Notes: generated by a model not told the origin, from the sequence alone. Counted from the first letter of the stretch, positions 29,365-38,421 are shown. The stretch: DNA of 64,000 bases from a virus (IMGVR_UViG_3300023199_000127:116793-180792), one strand, 5' to 3'. Made by a program: numbers and translations.

Positions 29365-30582
29365 ATGCACGACAGCATCAAATTCTGTGATCACTGCGAT
29401 GAGTCCATTCCTATGGGAATGGACCGACGCCAAAGAAAGGGCAAGACGAAGTGTGGCCGATGTGCCGATCGTCTTACACGTTTCTGGCGTTTCTGGGTTG
29501 TGCTCATGTTCATTGGTACTCTCACTGCTGCTAAAGCTGTGCACCAAGGGTCTGTGAAGCGAGACAATGTCGTGAAGCAATATGTTCACGACGGTCTTCG
29601 CTTTCTAGACGGTCGTCTGACCCTGACCATCAAAGCTACCATTCAGGCCCTTGGTGATCTGCAGAGTCAGATGGACATACGTCTTGCAGAGCATCGCAGA
29701 TTGAAGGTAGAGCTGGAAAAGGTCAAGCTCGATTTTCAAGCTGCGAAAAAGCAGATTGCTCAGCGTATTACCTCCTCAACTAACAAGGTGGATGAGGTAA
29801 AACTTCATGTGAAGGAGCGCGTCAGCGTTCTTGAGTCCAAAGCTAAAGCGCTCGCTGCTGAGGTTGATACCATGAAACTCGTAAGCCCTGAAAAGCTTCG
29901 TCATGCGGCTAGGGCTACTGTCGGTATCAACGTTCGTGATAATCGCAGGTTGTGGAGATTCGGTAGCGGTATCATCTTCCACCGAGTCCATGAGGACAAG
30001 AAGTGGCGCTATTACGTACACACCTGCTATCACGTTATTGAAACCCATATCAATACCCGTGAGACGTCTAAGCATAACCCCGTGCTTAAGGTCACTGTCT
30101 TCGATGATGTTGGCCGCTTGATGCCCACTGGAGAATTCGAGCTTAGAACTGAGACCAACTTCAAACAAGCACAGTCTCATCGAGGTGTGACTGACTACTC
30201 AGTGCTTAGCTTTGTGTCCGAAAAGGAACATGCAATCATCCCCTATGCTACGGACGAGGAAAGCCGGTCTATGCAGATCGGCGATCCTGTCCTTATCACT
30301 GGTGTCCTGCCCACCGAGCGACCTGCCATCTACTATGGAACTGTCGCATCACTGACCTCGTCTGCATCGGGGTGCATGGCTATTCAGGGAATGGCATGGC
30401 CGGGAATGAGCGGTGGAGCCATCTTGGACCGAAGGACGATGAAAGTCATCGGCATCATGCAGATGTTACCCTCGAGGCCGGCGCCAGGTCCCTTCAGAGC
30501 TCCTGGTGCACTGAACAACGGTCTGGGCTACATTACCCAGATCCATCGCATCGACAAACGCTTCAGGCTCAAGATCAAGTAG
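29365..30582 (+). CDS. Membrane-anchored trypsin-like serine protease with N-terminal zinc finger and coiled coil
   Basis: CDHC..CGRC; TM helix FWRFWVVLMFIGTL; heptad region; triad TCYHV / TDYSVL / PGMSGG; the only plus-strand gene. Confidence 0.85.
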   Translation: MHDSIKFCDHCDESIPMGMDRRQRKGKTKCGRCADRLTRFWRFWVVLMFIGTLTAAKAVHQGSVKRDNVVKQYVHDGLRFLDGRLTLTIKATIQALGDLQSQMDIRLAEHRRLKVELEKVKLDFQAAKKQIAQRITSSTNKVDEVKLHVKERVSVLESKAKALAAEVDTMKLVSPEKLRHAARATVGINVRDNRRLWRFGSGIIFHRVHEDKKWRYYVHTCYHVIETHINTRETSKHNPVLKVTVFDDVGRLMPTGEFELRTETNFKQAQSHRGVTDYSVLSFVSEKEHAIIPYATDEESRSMQIGDPVLITGVLPTERPAIYYGTVASLTSSASGCMAIQGMAWPGMSGGAILDRRTMKVIGIMQMLPSRPAPGPFRAPGALNNGLGYITQIHRIDKRFRLKIK

Positions 30583-30606
30583 CTTGAGCCAACTACCGGA
30601 GTGTTT

Positions 30607-30700
30607 GAGGACCTCTTGATAAGATATCAGGAGGCCCTCTTCATAATCGAATCACATTCCGATACCTGATTTTCGTTTCGGTTTCCGAAATTCGAAAATC
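30607..30700. terminator. Two stem-loops between convergent genes
   Basis: Imperfect GAGGACCTCTTGAT/ATCAGGAGGCCCTC and nested GATTTTCG-TTTCGG-TTT-CCGAAA-TT-CGAAAATC (30668-30700). Confidence 0.5.
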
Positions 30701-30864
30701 CGGCTCTCGTTGTTTTTCGAAAAATTAAGCCCTATAGGGTTTCTACTCTATGTTTCGCAATGACAGTGTAAACCTTGTCTACGTCTATCTCGCCATATCG
30801 AACAAAGATGACGTCCTGACCAGTTAGATCCATAAAGCAGTTTGCGCTGGTTTTCTCTGCTTAC

Positions 30865-31491
30865 TCATCGACAAATCCCACACAATGCGAATCGCAGCAT
30901 CGGGATATCGTGCTGCCGATCCAAGGCCTTCAGTGCCTTGCAGATCAACTTAAAGTGACGCCTCCACGACCGATTGCCGTGCAGATACTTCTTGATGATG
31001 TCCCACGCTTCCTTCTCAGTGATGTCATCCGTATCCGGATCTTCATCATCATCTTCGCCGTCACTCGGAGGCTGTGGCGCCGAGGGTGGCTCATCCTCCG
31101 AACAAGGAAGGTCGAAGTATTCGACCAACTGAGGAATCTCACACGGATCGTGAATTCCGTTGATCGGGTGCAGGATGCCTAGGGTAGGAGCCCAAAAGGC
31201 GCTCGGGATGAACGTGCCATCCTCCTTAAACCACTCGAGCGGCAGGGCGTAGTCCTGCAGCTCGTCATACGGGATCACATTGATCTTGTCGTGAACCTCG
31301 TGCCAGAAGAACGCGATGGTATTTCCGCGTTCACTGACACAGAAGATGTACATCGGGAAGTCCTCAGCCGCCGGAATGGCCGGCGTGTTAAACAGGGTAC
31401 AGTTATACGCCTCAAGAGAGTCGTTATCTGACCCGCGATGACACCCGATAGTCGCTAGCGCGACCAACAGAGAAAGCATGGAGTGTTTCAT
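30865..31491 (-). CDS. Predicted lipoprotein with acidic linker
   Basis: MKHSMLSLLVALATIG-C lipobox-like signal; PSDGEDDDEDPDTDD. Confidence 0.65.
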   Translation of the reverse strand: MKHSMLSLLVALATIGCHRGSDNDSLEAYNCTLFNTPAIPAAEDFPMYIFCVSERGNTIAFFWHEVHDKINVIPYDELQDYALPLEWFKEDGTFIPSAFWAPTLGILHPINGIHDPCEIPQLVEYFDLPCSEDEPPSAPQPPSDGEDDDEDPDTDDITEKEAWDIIKKYLHGNRSWRRHFKLICKALKALDRQHDIPMLRFALCGICR

Positions 31492-32204
31492 AGGACGATT
31501 TCAATTTCGAACTCAGATGAGCTATGGTGTCGCATTTTCATGGTGCGCACCCCTGTCTTTATTCCGATCGGAATTCCCTCTTTGTAGATCGTCTTCAAGC
31601 GACGAAGATAGAAGACTTGATCGGAATACATGATTGTCGTGGGCCCACCATAGGGCCGCAAACGCATTGGTTGAATGTTCTGACGTACCTGATTGCAGAT
31701 CAGTACTGCGGTGTCTTTTGCAGAGGACGCTGCAGCAGCAATCTGCTGATAAGCGTCTTTCACAAAGGCGTTGTAGTCGTCAATGTCCATATCGGCCGTC
31801 AGGCCGCCCAGGGAGTCCACCACGACGAGATTGACGGCTGAGGCACCCACCAGAGCCAAAATCAGCTCAAGGCCCTCCTGGGGCCCTGAGGGCCGTGCTA
31901 AGAGGACCTTATCAAGCTCCACATCCCGATGGGCAGCCATTTGAGCATGGAAAGCATTGTCCAGGTCTATCCACGCGACGCTATAGTCAAGACTGATAGC
32001 CGAGGAAGCCGCAATCAGGGCGAGCTGCGTTTTCCCAGTAGCGGAATCTCCATAGAGCATTGTGATGCCCCCAGAGTAGATTCCGCCACTCAGCTCGTCC
32101 AGATCGGGAATCGTCCACGGGATCTGGCATTGTTCCTCGGACCATTTGGCTCGTTCACGACCCATTTGCTGGATCAGATTCAGGGAAAGCTGTAGATTAT
32201 CCAT
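31488..32204 (-). CDS. Short RecA paralog (ATPase core only)
   Basis: LDELSGGIYSGGITMLYGDSATGKT; WIDLDNAF; LVVVDSLGGL; LICNQVR. Confidence 0.85.
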   Translation of the reverse strand: MDNLQLSLNLIQQMGRERAKWSEEQCQIPWTIPDLDELSGGIYSGGITMLYGDSATGKTQLALIAASSAISLDYSVAWIDLDNAFHAQMAAHRDVELDKVLLARPSGPQEGLELILALVGASAVNLVVVDSLGGLTADMDIDDYNAFVKDAYQQIAAAASSAKDTAVLICNQVRQNIQPMRLRPYGGPTTIMYSDQVFYLRRLKTIYKEGIPIGIKTGVRTMKMRHHSSSEFEIEIVL

Positions 32205-32880
32205 GGACGAGAGTTCCCCACATGGTGCACATGGCAGGCGCTGGCTGACTATATGTGAACTGGCCTACGTGCTTGTACTTCCATCCTGCCGTTCGGTTGG
32301 CACGACTGTGGAGTGCCTTGCGCACCTCCCACATCTGACGGCGAGCTGCATCGCTCGCCGGCTTGCCCTCCGGGCCTTGCTTGATGAGCCTGTTTTTACT
32401 GAACCGCTTGTTCATCTCTGGAAAACGATTCCACATCTGGAAGGTGATTGCGAAAGGTACTCGTTCATCATCAGCAGTTAGCTTATGATGCAAACGGCCC
32501 AAACCTTCCACCATACTAGGGACAATCTCTCCACAAAAATCGAGGTAGATGCCATTGTACTTCTTACGGTACAGGTTCTCGTCTTTGGTGGGATGATCCA
32601 TTCGAAGGAACTCAACAATGTCTCCACGAATGGTGCAAGCGCCTACATTTTTCGGTGCAGTAACACGTACCGCATGGAAGATATCATGAGACTTCTCCCA
32701 GCCATGGATACAAACAATATCTTGGTCTTGCTCCTTCAGACCCTTCTCCCACATCCAACCAATCCCAGGAAGCACTAAGAGATGGGCGGGAAATCCGTCT
32801 ATCTCTTTCTTGAAGTGATCAATGACAGGGGCACGTATCTCACCCTTGTATTCGCGGTTGCTCTCGTAATACCTGGTCAT
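32197..32880 (-). CDS. Putative SAM-dependent methyltransferase-fold protein
   Basis: LLVLPGIG..IHGWEK..RGDI..IYLDFCG in Rossmann motif order. Confidence 0.5.
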   Translation of the reverse strand: MTRYYESNREYKGEIRAPVIDHFKKEIDGFPAHLLVLPGIGWMWEKGLKEQDQDIVCIHGWEKSHDIFHAVRVTAPKNVGACTIRGDIVEFLRMDHPTKDENLYRKKYNGIYLDFCGEIVPSMVEGLGRLHHKLTADDERVPFAITFQMWNRFPEMNKRFSKNRLIKQGPEGKPASDAARRQMWEVRKALHSRANRTAGWKYKHVGQFTYSQPAPAMCTMWGTLVHG

Positions 32881-33025
32881 TGTGTTCTAGTCTCTTACCG
32901 CAGCGAATGCAGTAATAGTAGCGGTGACCATCCAGTAGAACGATGATGTGGGGCGTCGTACGTCTACATTCGACCTTGCGATCTCCGTAACCGGTACTGC
33001 AGTAGTAGCTGATGTACTTGCCCAC
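32840..33025 (-). CDS. Small zinc-ribbon protein
   Basis: YYYCIRCGK. Confidence 0.45.
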   Translation of the reverse strand: MGKYISYYCSTGYGDRKVECRRTTPHIIVLLDGHRYYYCIRCGKRLEHNDQVLREQPRIQG

Positions 33026-33037
33026 AGCATCATTCTA

Positions 33038-33544
33038 CTAGAACTCTTCGAGACCGAATTCGGAAATCGCCTTCATCGCCTTATCGGCATCACCCAACAT
33101 GATCTCATCCTGGGTGGCCTGACAACGAATTTCTAGATTGGCCAGACGCTTTCTGAAGCGACTTACGATCTCTCTCTCGACCTTCCTGCCTTTCTCTTGG
33201 TATTCATCATGACGCTTTATCAGCTCTCCAAGCAAGGCATCGAAGCCATCAAAAACATCGTTGAGCTGTAGCTGGGGCTGCCCATTATGGCCGATGTTTT
33301 TGTAGATACGCTTCTCGATCTCCGTCTCGAATCGAATCCGAATTGCCCTTGACTGAATTGCCCTCTTGAACAGCTTTACACGCTCTTCATTGGTCAGATC
33401 TCTCCAGAGACTGGGAGCATTTGCCCTATGCTCAGCGCTGATCTTCTCTATCTCTTGATACTTTTCTGATTCGATCTTAGCGCGCTTGTCAAATGCAATA
33501 TCCCTAATGCGCTTACAAGCGTAATTCTTCTGCGTCTGGTTCAT
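33038..33544 (-). CDS. Hypothetical helical protein
   Basis: Start at MNQTQKNY, just after a terminator. Confidence 0.6.
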   Translation of the reverse strand: MNQTQKNYACKRIRDIAFDKRAKIESEKYQEIEKISAEHRANAPSLWRDLTNEERVKLFKRAIQSRAIRIRFETEIEKRIYKNIGHNGQPQLQLNDVFDGFDALLGELIKRHDEYQEKGRKVEREIVSRFRKRLANLEIRCQATQDEIMLGDADKAMKAISEFGLEEF

Positions 33545-33560
33545 GGTCTTGATGACCTTC

Positions 33561-33596
33561 AAAAAAATAGCCCGCAGGTCGTTAAACCTGCGGGCT
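33561..33596 (-). terminator. Rho-independent terminator closing the RNAP operon
   Basis: AGCCCGCAGGT-CGTTAA-ACCTGCGGGCT, then ATTTTTTT on the minus strand. Confidence 0.85.
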
Positions 33597-33646
33597 TTGG
33601 ATGTCGTCGTTGATAGACAACGACGGGGAAGCTTTAGCTAACCCCT

Positions 33647-34138
33647 TTAGGGGTTGTCATTTGAATGTGGTTGTGAATTGGACCAATTGAGGGAAACAAA
33701 CTTCCCCCAAAAGAATTTCCAAGTCGGGTATGTGAGCGGCTCCCATCTGTCATTGAAGATCATTGGGTTTGCTCTATTGACTTGATAGAACTGATCACGT
33801 GACGCAACCAGTCCGCCAGGATTCGTGTCCATGAGCTTGTTGTACATCTGCCTACTAATGTGGATTCCCTCGATGTGAATCCACATCACTGCTTCACCTG
33901 CAAAAATACAGGTGAAGGTGGTTGCCTCTGCACACATGCGGCCGTGACTCATAGTCACTAGCCGATTTTGCAGGTCGTCCCAATGGATCCGATAATTGGA
34001 ATCCTCTGGACAGATGTAAATGTCACCATCCAGAAAGGTCCAGTCTTTGAATTGCTGGTACTCTTTCATGTAATAGTGATCACGAATAGCTCGAATGATG
34101 TGATCTGACTTTGCGGTGGGATCGGAGGTGCTACTCAT
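33647..34138 (-). CDS. Hypothetical protein directly downstream of the beta-like gene
   Basis: Start MSSTSDP overlaps the beta stop. Confidence 0.6.
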   Translation of the reverse strand: MSSTSDPTAKSDHIIRAIRDHYYMKEYQQFKDWTFLDGDIYICPEDSNYRIHWDDLQNRLVTMSHGRMCAEATTFTCIFAGEAVMWIHIEGIHISRQMYNKLMDTNPGGLVASRDQFYQVNRANPMIFNDRWEPLTYPTWKFFWGKFVSLNWSNSQPHSNDNP

Positions 34139-35903
34139 GAGCAAATTTCTCCGGTTCCAGCACGCTAGCGACACTGCTGAAGTACTTCACACCAGCCATG
34201 TTCTCTCGCAGGGACGCATCGACAATATCGACGAGCCCATGAGATTCCATGGCGATCAGCTTTGCTAGGTCGCGCTTCTGCCCACCCAGACGCCCGCTAT
34301 TGATCGGTACGCCGTGGTGGTTGGTTGCCTGAGCGCCAGTCTGGACAGTTGCCTGCTCTTGAGCCAGCTTATCCAGCCGAATCATGTACACAGGAGCGAC
34401 AAAGGTGCATTCGGGCAGCGGCATCTTCTTCAAGAAGAGCTGCTCCTTGGCGCCATAACCCTCTTGCACCAAAGTCTCGAAAGACGGCGCATCATGGTTG
34501 TACTTCAAGAAGAGCTGTTGACCATGAGGCATAATAAAACGCCTGCCCAACATGGAGCACTTCTTGTTTGCCATCATCTCCCACAGAAGTCCCATCGCCT
34601 TCCGGGCGATGATGGACTCCGGGCTAATGCAGGCATCCACGGTCTTGCCCTGCACAGTGTGCGGCATCTGATGATCCGGAACCACTCGCACCACTCCCTT
34701 GGTTCCGAATCGAGTAGTCACCTTGTCCCCAGTCTGCAGGGGGGCACGGCGAGCCAACCAGAAGCGCCACCTGAGAACAGGCTTGTCCTGCTTCATAGAG
34801 CTAGTCACCGTGATACGGTCGACCCAACCCTCGGTAAGCAGACGCTTGGAGTAGAACTCCACGCGCTGGCCATCGACATCAGTGCCGATAGCCAACAGGG
34901 CGCCTCGTTCCACCTCGTTACCCTGCTTGACCTTCAGTTCGAGCTTGCCATATGTTTCAATGGTCTCCGTGTGATAACGAATGGCCGCAGATTGCTTGGC
35001 GCAGGATTCACTGACGACAATGCAATCCTCCCACGTATAGCTCCTGAAATTCATCAGGGCGACATTCCAATGCTGGCCATCCAGATTGTGTAGCTCACCT
35101 GAGACCCACGGCTCATCCGGGTTCTCCATCTCCAGAGAACCTTCGAAAGAGGTTCTCAGGAGATGTGTGCGCAGATTCATATCCACCGCCAGGGCATTGG
35201 CCATGTTTGTGCCACACAAGGGCTTGTTGCTAGGGATGGCTTGTCCAGTAAGCTTGTCGATCTTCACGCCCTCGCACATGCGATAGGCGCGATTGATCTT
35301 GGAGCCCTGAGAAGTACTGGTGGGATCCAGGATGCCGAGCAGTTCCTCCGGGAAACGAAGGTCTTCCAGATCGAGGCTACTCGGGACATCAAGGTATACC
35401 AGCTCATGAAGCGACTGACGTGCCATCTTGTTCTGAGGCAAGATCGGGAAATATACGCTATCTGCGAAGATCTTCCGGATCTTGTGACGCGCAGTTTCAT
35501 TGTGCGGAGGGGTACCGGTGAAGTAGAAATCCCGCAGGACATCGCTCATGGCCTTCTGCAGTTGGTCAATGACCACCTGAGCCGGCGTGCGAAAGATCCA
35601 GCGTCGCTGTCCCGGGGGCGCTTGCATATCGGGATAACACCGATGTACCACAACGCGCTCACCGTCACGAAGCATAAAGCTCCCGTCGGGGTTGAACTTC
35701 GGCAAAGCGATGAGCAGCTTGCAGCTCTTATACTGCGTGCCACCACACAACCAGCCATAGAACTGGACCTGATACCAGTTCTCCTCCGGACGCACATACT
35801 CTGCAGGGCAATCCACATCCTTAATGGCCGGTGCCTTAACGGACTGGATCGCACACTGCATTCCGTGTGGATTCAAGTAGTGTTCGAGGACTTTAGTGTC
35901 CAT
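34131..35903 (-). CDS. rpoB: Minimal RNA polymerase beta-like subunit (590 aa)
   Basis: PDGSFMLRDGERVVV; STSQGSKI; GQHWNVALMNFRSYTWEDCIVVSES; LQTGDKVTTRFGTKGVV; VDACISPESIIARK; YMIRLDK; GGQK. Confidence 0.9.
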   Translation of the reverse strand: MDTKVLEHYLNPHGMQCAIQSVKAPAIKDVDCPAEYVRPEENWYQVQFYGWLCGGTQYKSCKLLIALPKFNPDGSFMLRDGERVVVHRCYPDMQAPPGQRRWIFRTPAQVVIDQLQKAMSDVLRDFYFTGTPPHNETARHKIRKIFADSVYFPILPQNKMARQSLHELVYLDVPSSLDLEDLRFPEELLGILDPTSTSQGSKINRAYRMCEGVKIDKLTGQAIPSNKPLCGTNMANALAVDMNLRTHLLRTSFEGSLEMENPDEPWVSGELHNLDGQHWNVALMNFRSYTWEDCIVVSESCAKQSAAIRYHTETIETYGKLELKVKQGNEVERGALLAIGTDVDGQRVEFYSKRLLTEGWVDRITVTSSMKQDKPVLRWRFWLARRAPLQTGDKVTTRFGTKGVVRVVPDHQMPHTVQGKTVDACISPESIIARKAMGLLWEMMANKKCSMLGRRFIMPHGQQLFLKYNHDAPSFETLVQEGYGAKEQLFLKKMPLPECTFVAPVYMIRLDKLAQEQATVQTGAQATNHHGVPINSGRLGGQKRDLAKLIAMESHGLVDIVDASLRENMAGVKYFSSVASVLEPEKFAHE

Positions 35904-35909
35904 GCTTCC

Positions 35910-36242
35910 CTAACCTCCGTTGCTCTTGTTGTATTTGTTGAGCTTGGCGTAAGCTTCCTCCGTAGCTTTCCAGCCAAGAGCCTTGCACACAATGTCAATG
36001 GTCTCCATATCGACTGAGGGCCCACCAGCGACTTCGATAGTGACTTCCCTATCGGTCAGCTCCCGGCCTTCGTTGTCATACACCTGACAGGTGAGCTTGA
36101 CCATGCCGATATAGCGACTATTCTCGTGGACCTCATCGTACTCAATGTAGTCAAGGAGATCTTTGTGTATCTCCTTGTTCTCTTCGTTCAAGATCTCGTG
36201 CTCCCTTTCCTTGTCGAAGTGTCTATCCTGTTTGCTGCTCAC
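35910..36242 (-). CDS. Small protein between the two RNAP subunit genes
   Basis: Probable GTG start at 36242 overlapping the beta' stop (track start 36317). Confidence 0.6.
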   Translation of the reverse strand: MSSKQDRHFDKEREHEILNEENKEIHKDLLDYIEYDEVHENSRYIGMVKLTCQVYDNEGRELTDREVTIEVAGGPSVDMETIDIVCKALGWKATEEAYAKLNKYNKSNGG

Positions 36243-37908
36243 TGAGCACCTTCTTGAGACGCTCAGTGTGAAGCGTCCATGCCTTGTTACAGACACCAAA
36301 CTTGTCAGTGTCGCCATGTCTGAGGAGTCGCACAGCCAGACCCTGGCTGTAGCGATCTCCCGAAATCATTTCGTGGATGGGGCAGTACCGCAGGGAAATC
36401 TGCGTAAGTCCCACGAATCGCTCCGGCAACATGTTGTTGAACCGCTCCATCATGTTGATGCCGAACTGCTTGCGCAACTTCTTGCGCAGCATATCGAAGA
36501 TGGTATCGGCGGTCATACTACCAACTTGTCGAAGGAGACGCATGTAGGACTTCTTCTCCTTGCCTGCCGGCAAGATCTCATCCAGGACTATTCGTGCGGG
36601 ATACACGAGATAGATGACCTCAATCATCGTCTTTGCTTCCCGCGGCTCAATGTCCAGTTTCTGCAGCTCGGCAAGTGCTTCCTCTACAGATGCTTGTGCC
36701 CATGCACCGGTCTGATTGAGGATCTTCAGGACATGGAAGGGGTCATATCCTGCTTCGTGCTTGGAATCCAGCAGGATTTGCTGCAGTCGCTCCGAAAGAT
36801 AGTTTGCTGAACGGAGCCACGTACGATTCCAACCAGCCAGCACCTTCAGGCGATTGGAGGCTGCTCCGATGGGACCCAAAAGGGTCTTCATCTTCAGCAT
36901 GTCATGATTCTTATCGAGCGTCCTCTCCCACCACTCATCGACTTCCAGAGCCGATGCCATCTCATCGCACGCCTCATGGAGGCCTTCCTTGCCGCTTGTG
37001 CGATCGATAGTCTTCCAGCCATCGGGACATGCATCCAGAACCTGCTCAGGTGAGATCGAGAAACCAGTTGTGACAAACCGCTCCTTACCATCCTCCTTGG
37101 CACGCTCCCAGTCAACCACTTGGCTGGGATTTTCGTACAGAGCCTGCTTGGACCAGCCGCCATGCACGAGGCAAAATTCCATCAAATGGTCCTTTGCCTC
37201 CTGCTGGCACTCCGGCGTATCTGGAATCGGGAACCAATAGAGACAATCACCATCGCAGTCTGCACCAAGCTGCTCAAAGAGCAGCGGATGCATCTCGATG
37301 ACGTCGTCAGGGCTCTTCATAGCTCTGACGATCTCCAGTGACCCGTCCCAGATAGTGGGATCGCGGCCGATCATGATGAAATCACCATGCTGCAGTTCTG
37401 CATGGTCGAAGAACTTGCCCGGCAGCGCAACGTACTCCGGATCATGGTTAGCGTTCGGGACGAGCACAGCTCGTCCAGATCGCTTCACACGTGCACCGAC
37501 AATCACGTTACGAATCAGGCCATTCTTCGAGGCCAGATGGCTGATGGCTCGCTTCTGATAAGCTGACACCATCGCCTGAATGGCCTTCTCCGGCGCCTCC
37601 CCTTCCTCATACTGAAGGAGTACCCGCGCCAACTGATTGGCAGTGAACATCAGCGGGTGCACTGTCCACAGGCCCTGGTTATTCTGGACCTCGATGGGCG
37701 GCACACGAACCCGGTTGATCTGCCGGCCTGCGTAATCCGCTACTGCCACTGGCAGCTGGATCCACGCACCGTTCTTACGGATCTTCGGATCCAGAACGGT
37801 ACCATCGATGTTCTGCACCTTCTCCGGATCAATGATCGGAGGTAGGTCATCGGTGAGGACGGGCCTACCGTCCACATTGGTTTCGGCGATGATTACCGGA
37901 TGAATCAC
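36223..37908 (-). CDS. rpoC: Minimal RNA polymerase beta'-like subunit (561 aa)
   Basis: GLIRNVIVGARVKRSGRAVL; IGRDPT; IEMHPL; GADCDGD at 37246-37266; bridge-helix-like IGAASNRLKVLA; trigger-loop-like QQILLDSKH. Confidence 0.9.
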   Translation of the reverse strand: MIHPVIIAETNVDGRPVLTDDLPPIIDPEKVQNIDGTVLDPKIRKNGAWIQLPVAVADYAGRQINRVRVPPIEVQNNQGLWTVHPLMFTANQLARVLLQYEEGEAPEKAIQAMVSAYQKRAISHLASKNGLIRNVIVGARVKRSGRAVLVPNANHDPEYVALPGKFFDHAELQHGDFIMIGRDPTIWDGSLEIVRAMKSPDDVIEMHPLLFEQLGADCDGDCLYWFPIPDTPECQQEAKDHLMEFCLVHGGWSKQALYENPSQVVDWERAKEDGKERFVTTGFSISPEQVLDACPDGWKTIDRTSGKEGLHEACDEMASALEVDEWWERTLDKNHDMLKMKTLLGPIGAASNRLKVLAGWNRTWLRSANYLSERLQQILLDSKHEAGYDPFHVLKILNQTGAWAQASVEEALAELQKLDIEPREAKTMIEVIYLVYPARIVLDEILPAGKEKKSYMRLLRQVGSMTADTIFDMLRKKLRKQFGINMMERFNNMLPERFVGLTQISLRYCPIHEMISGDRYSQGLAVRLLRHGDTDKFGVCNKAWTLHTERLKKVLSEQQTG

Positions 37909-38153
37909 GCCGCACCTCCGACGGACTGCAGGACCTTGCTACGCTGCAACAAAAGCAGCTTGTGCTGGTCCTTGGCATCGGACTGCTCGATCACGGCCAC
38001 GAAGGCTCGGAAGATCCACTTGAATCCGAGGACATTCCACACCAGGTAGAACAAGGTGTAGGCGCCACGGAAGAGCAGCTTTTCCAAACCTTCAATGAGT
38101 GCAAGGACGACATCCAGACATGCGTTCATGGACTTCTTACTCCTGTTGGTCAT
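37905..38153 (-). CDS. Small membrane protein
   Basis: Hydrophobic LFYLVWNVLGFKWIF; ATGA coupling to beta'. Confidence 0.55.
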   Translation of the reverse strand: MTNRSKKSMNACLDVVLALIEGLEKLLFRGAYTLFYLVWNVLGFKWIFRAFVAVIEQSDAKDQHKLLLLQRSKVLQSVGGAA

Positions 38154-38421
38154 AGCTTCCCTTCGATTCCCAATACCGCTGACAAACGGATTTGAGGAAT
38201 ACTATCAAATCTGCGTGGGATGAAAACACCGTGTCACCGGTGATCATTACTCCACCTAAGGCTTGGTCCGACATAATGCGGACCTGAAGTTGGGTGTCAC
38301 CAATCTCATCAAGCATCGTGAGGAGACTGGCAGGTGTATCGCGAGTGAACTGCGTGGTTTGGCCCTCGGCCAACCACGTGCCATCGCTAGGAGGTTTCGG
38401 AGGCAGCGAACTCTTCGACAT
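38137..38421 (-). CDS. Hypothetical protein
   Basis: 94 aa ORF. Confidence 0.55.
   Translation of the reverse strand: MSKSSLPPKPPSDGTWLAEGQTTQFTRDTPASLLTMLDEIGDTQLQVRIMSDQALGGVMITGDTVFSSHADLIVFLKSVCQRYWESKGSYDQQE

Noticed and set aside
30732-30868. Two tiny minus-strand ORFs after the lipoprotein, possibly one frameshifted gene
   Set aside because: At 14 and 33 codons they are too short to support without homologs
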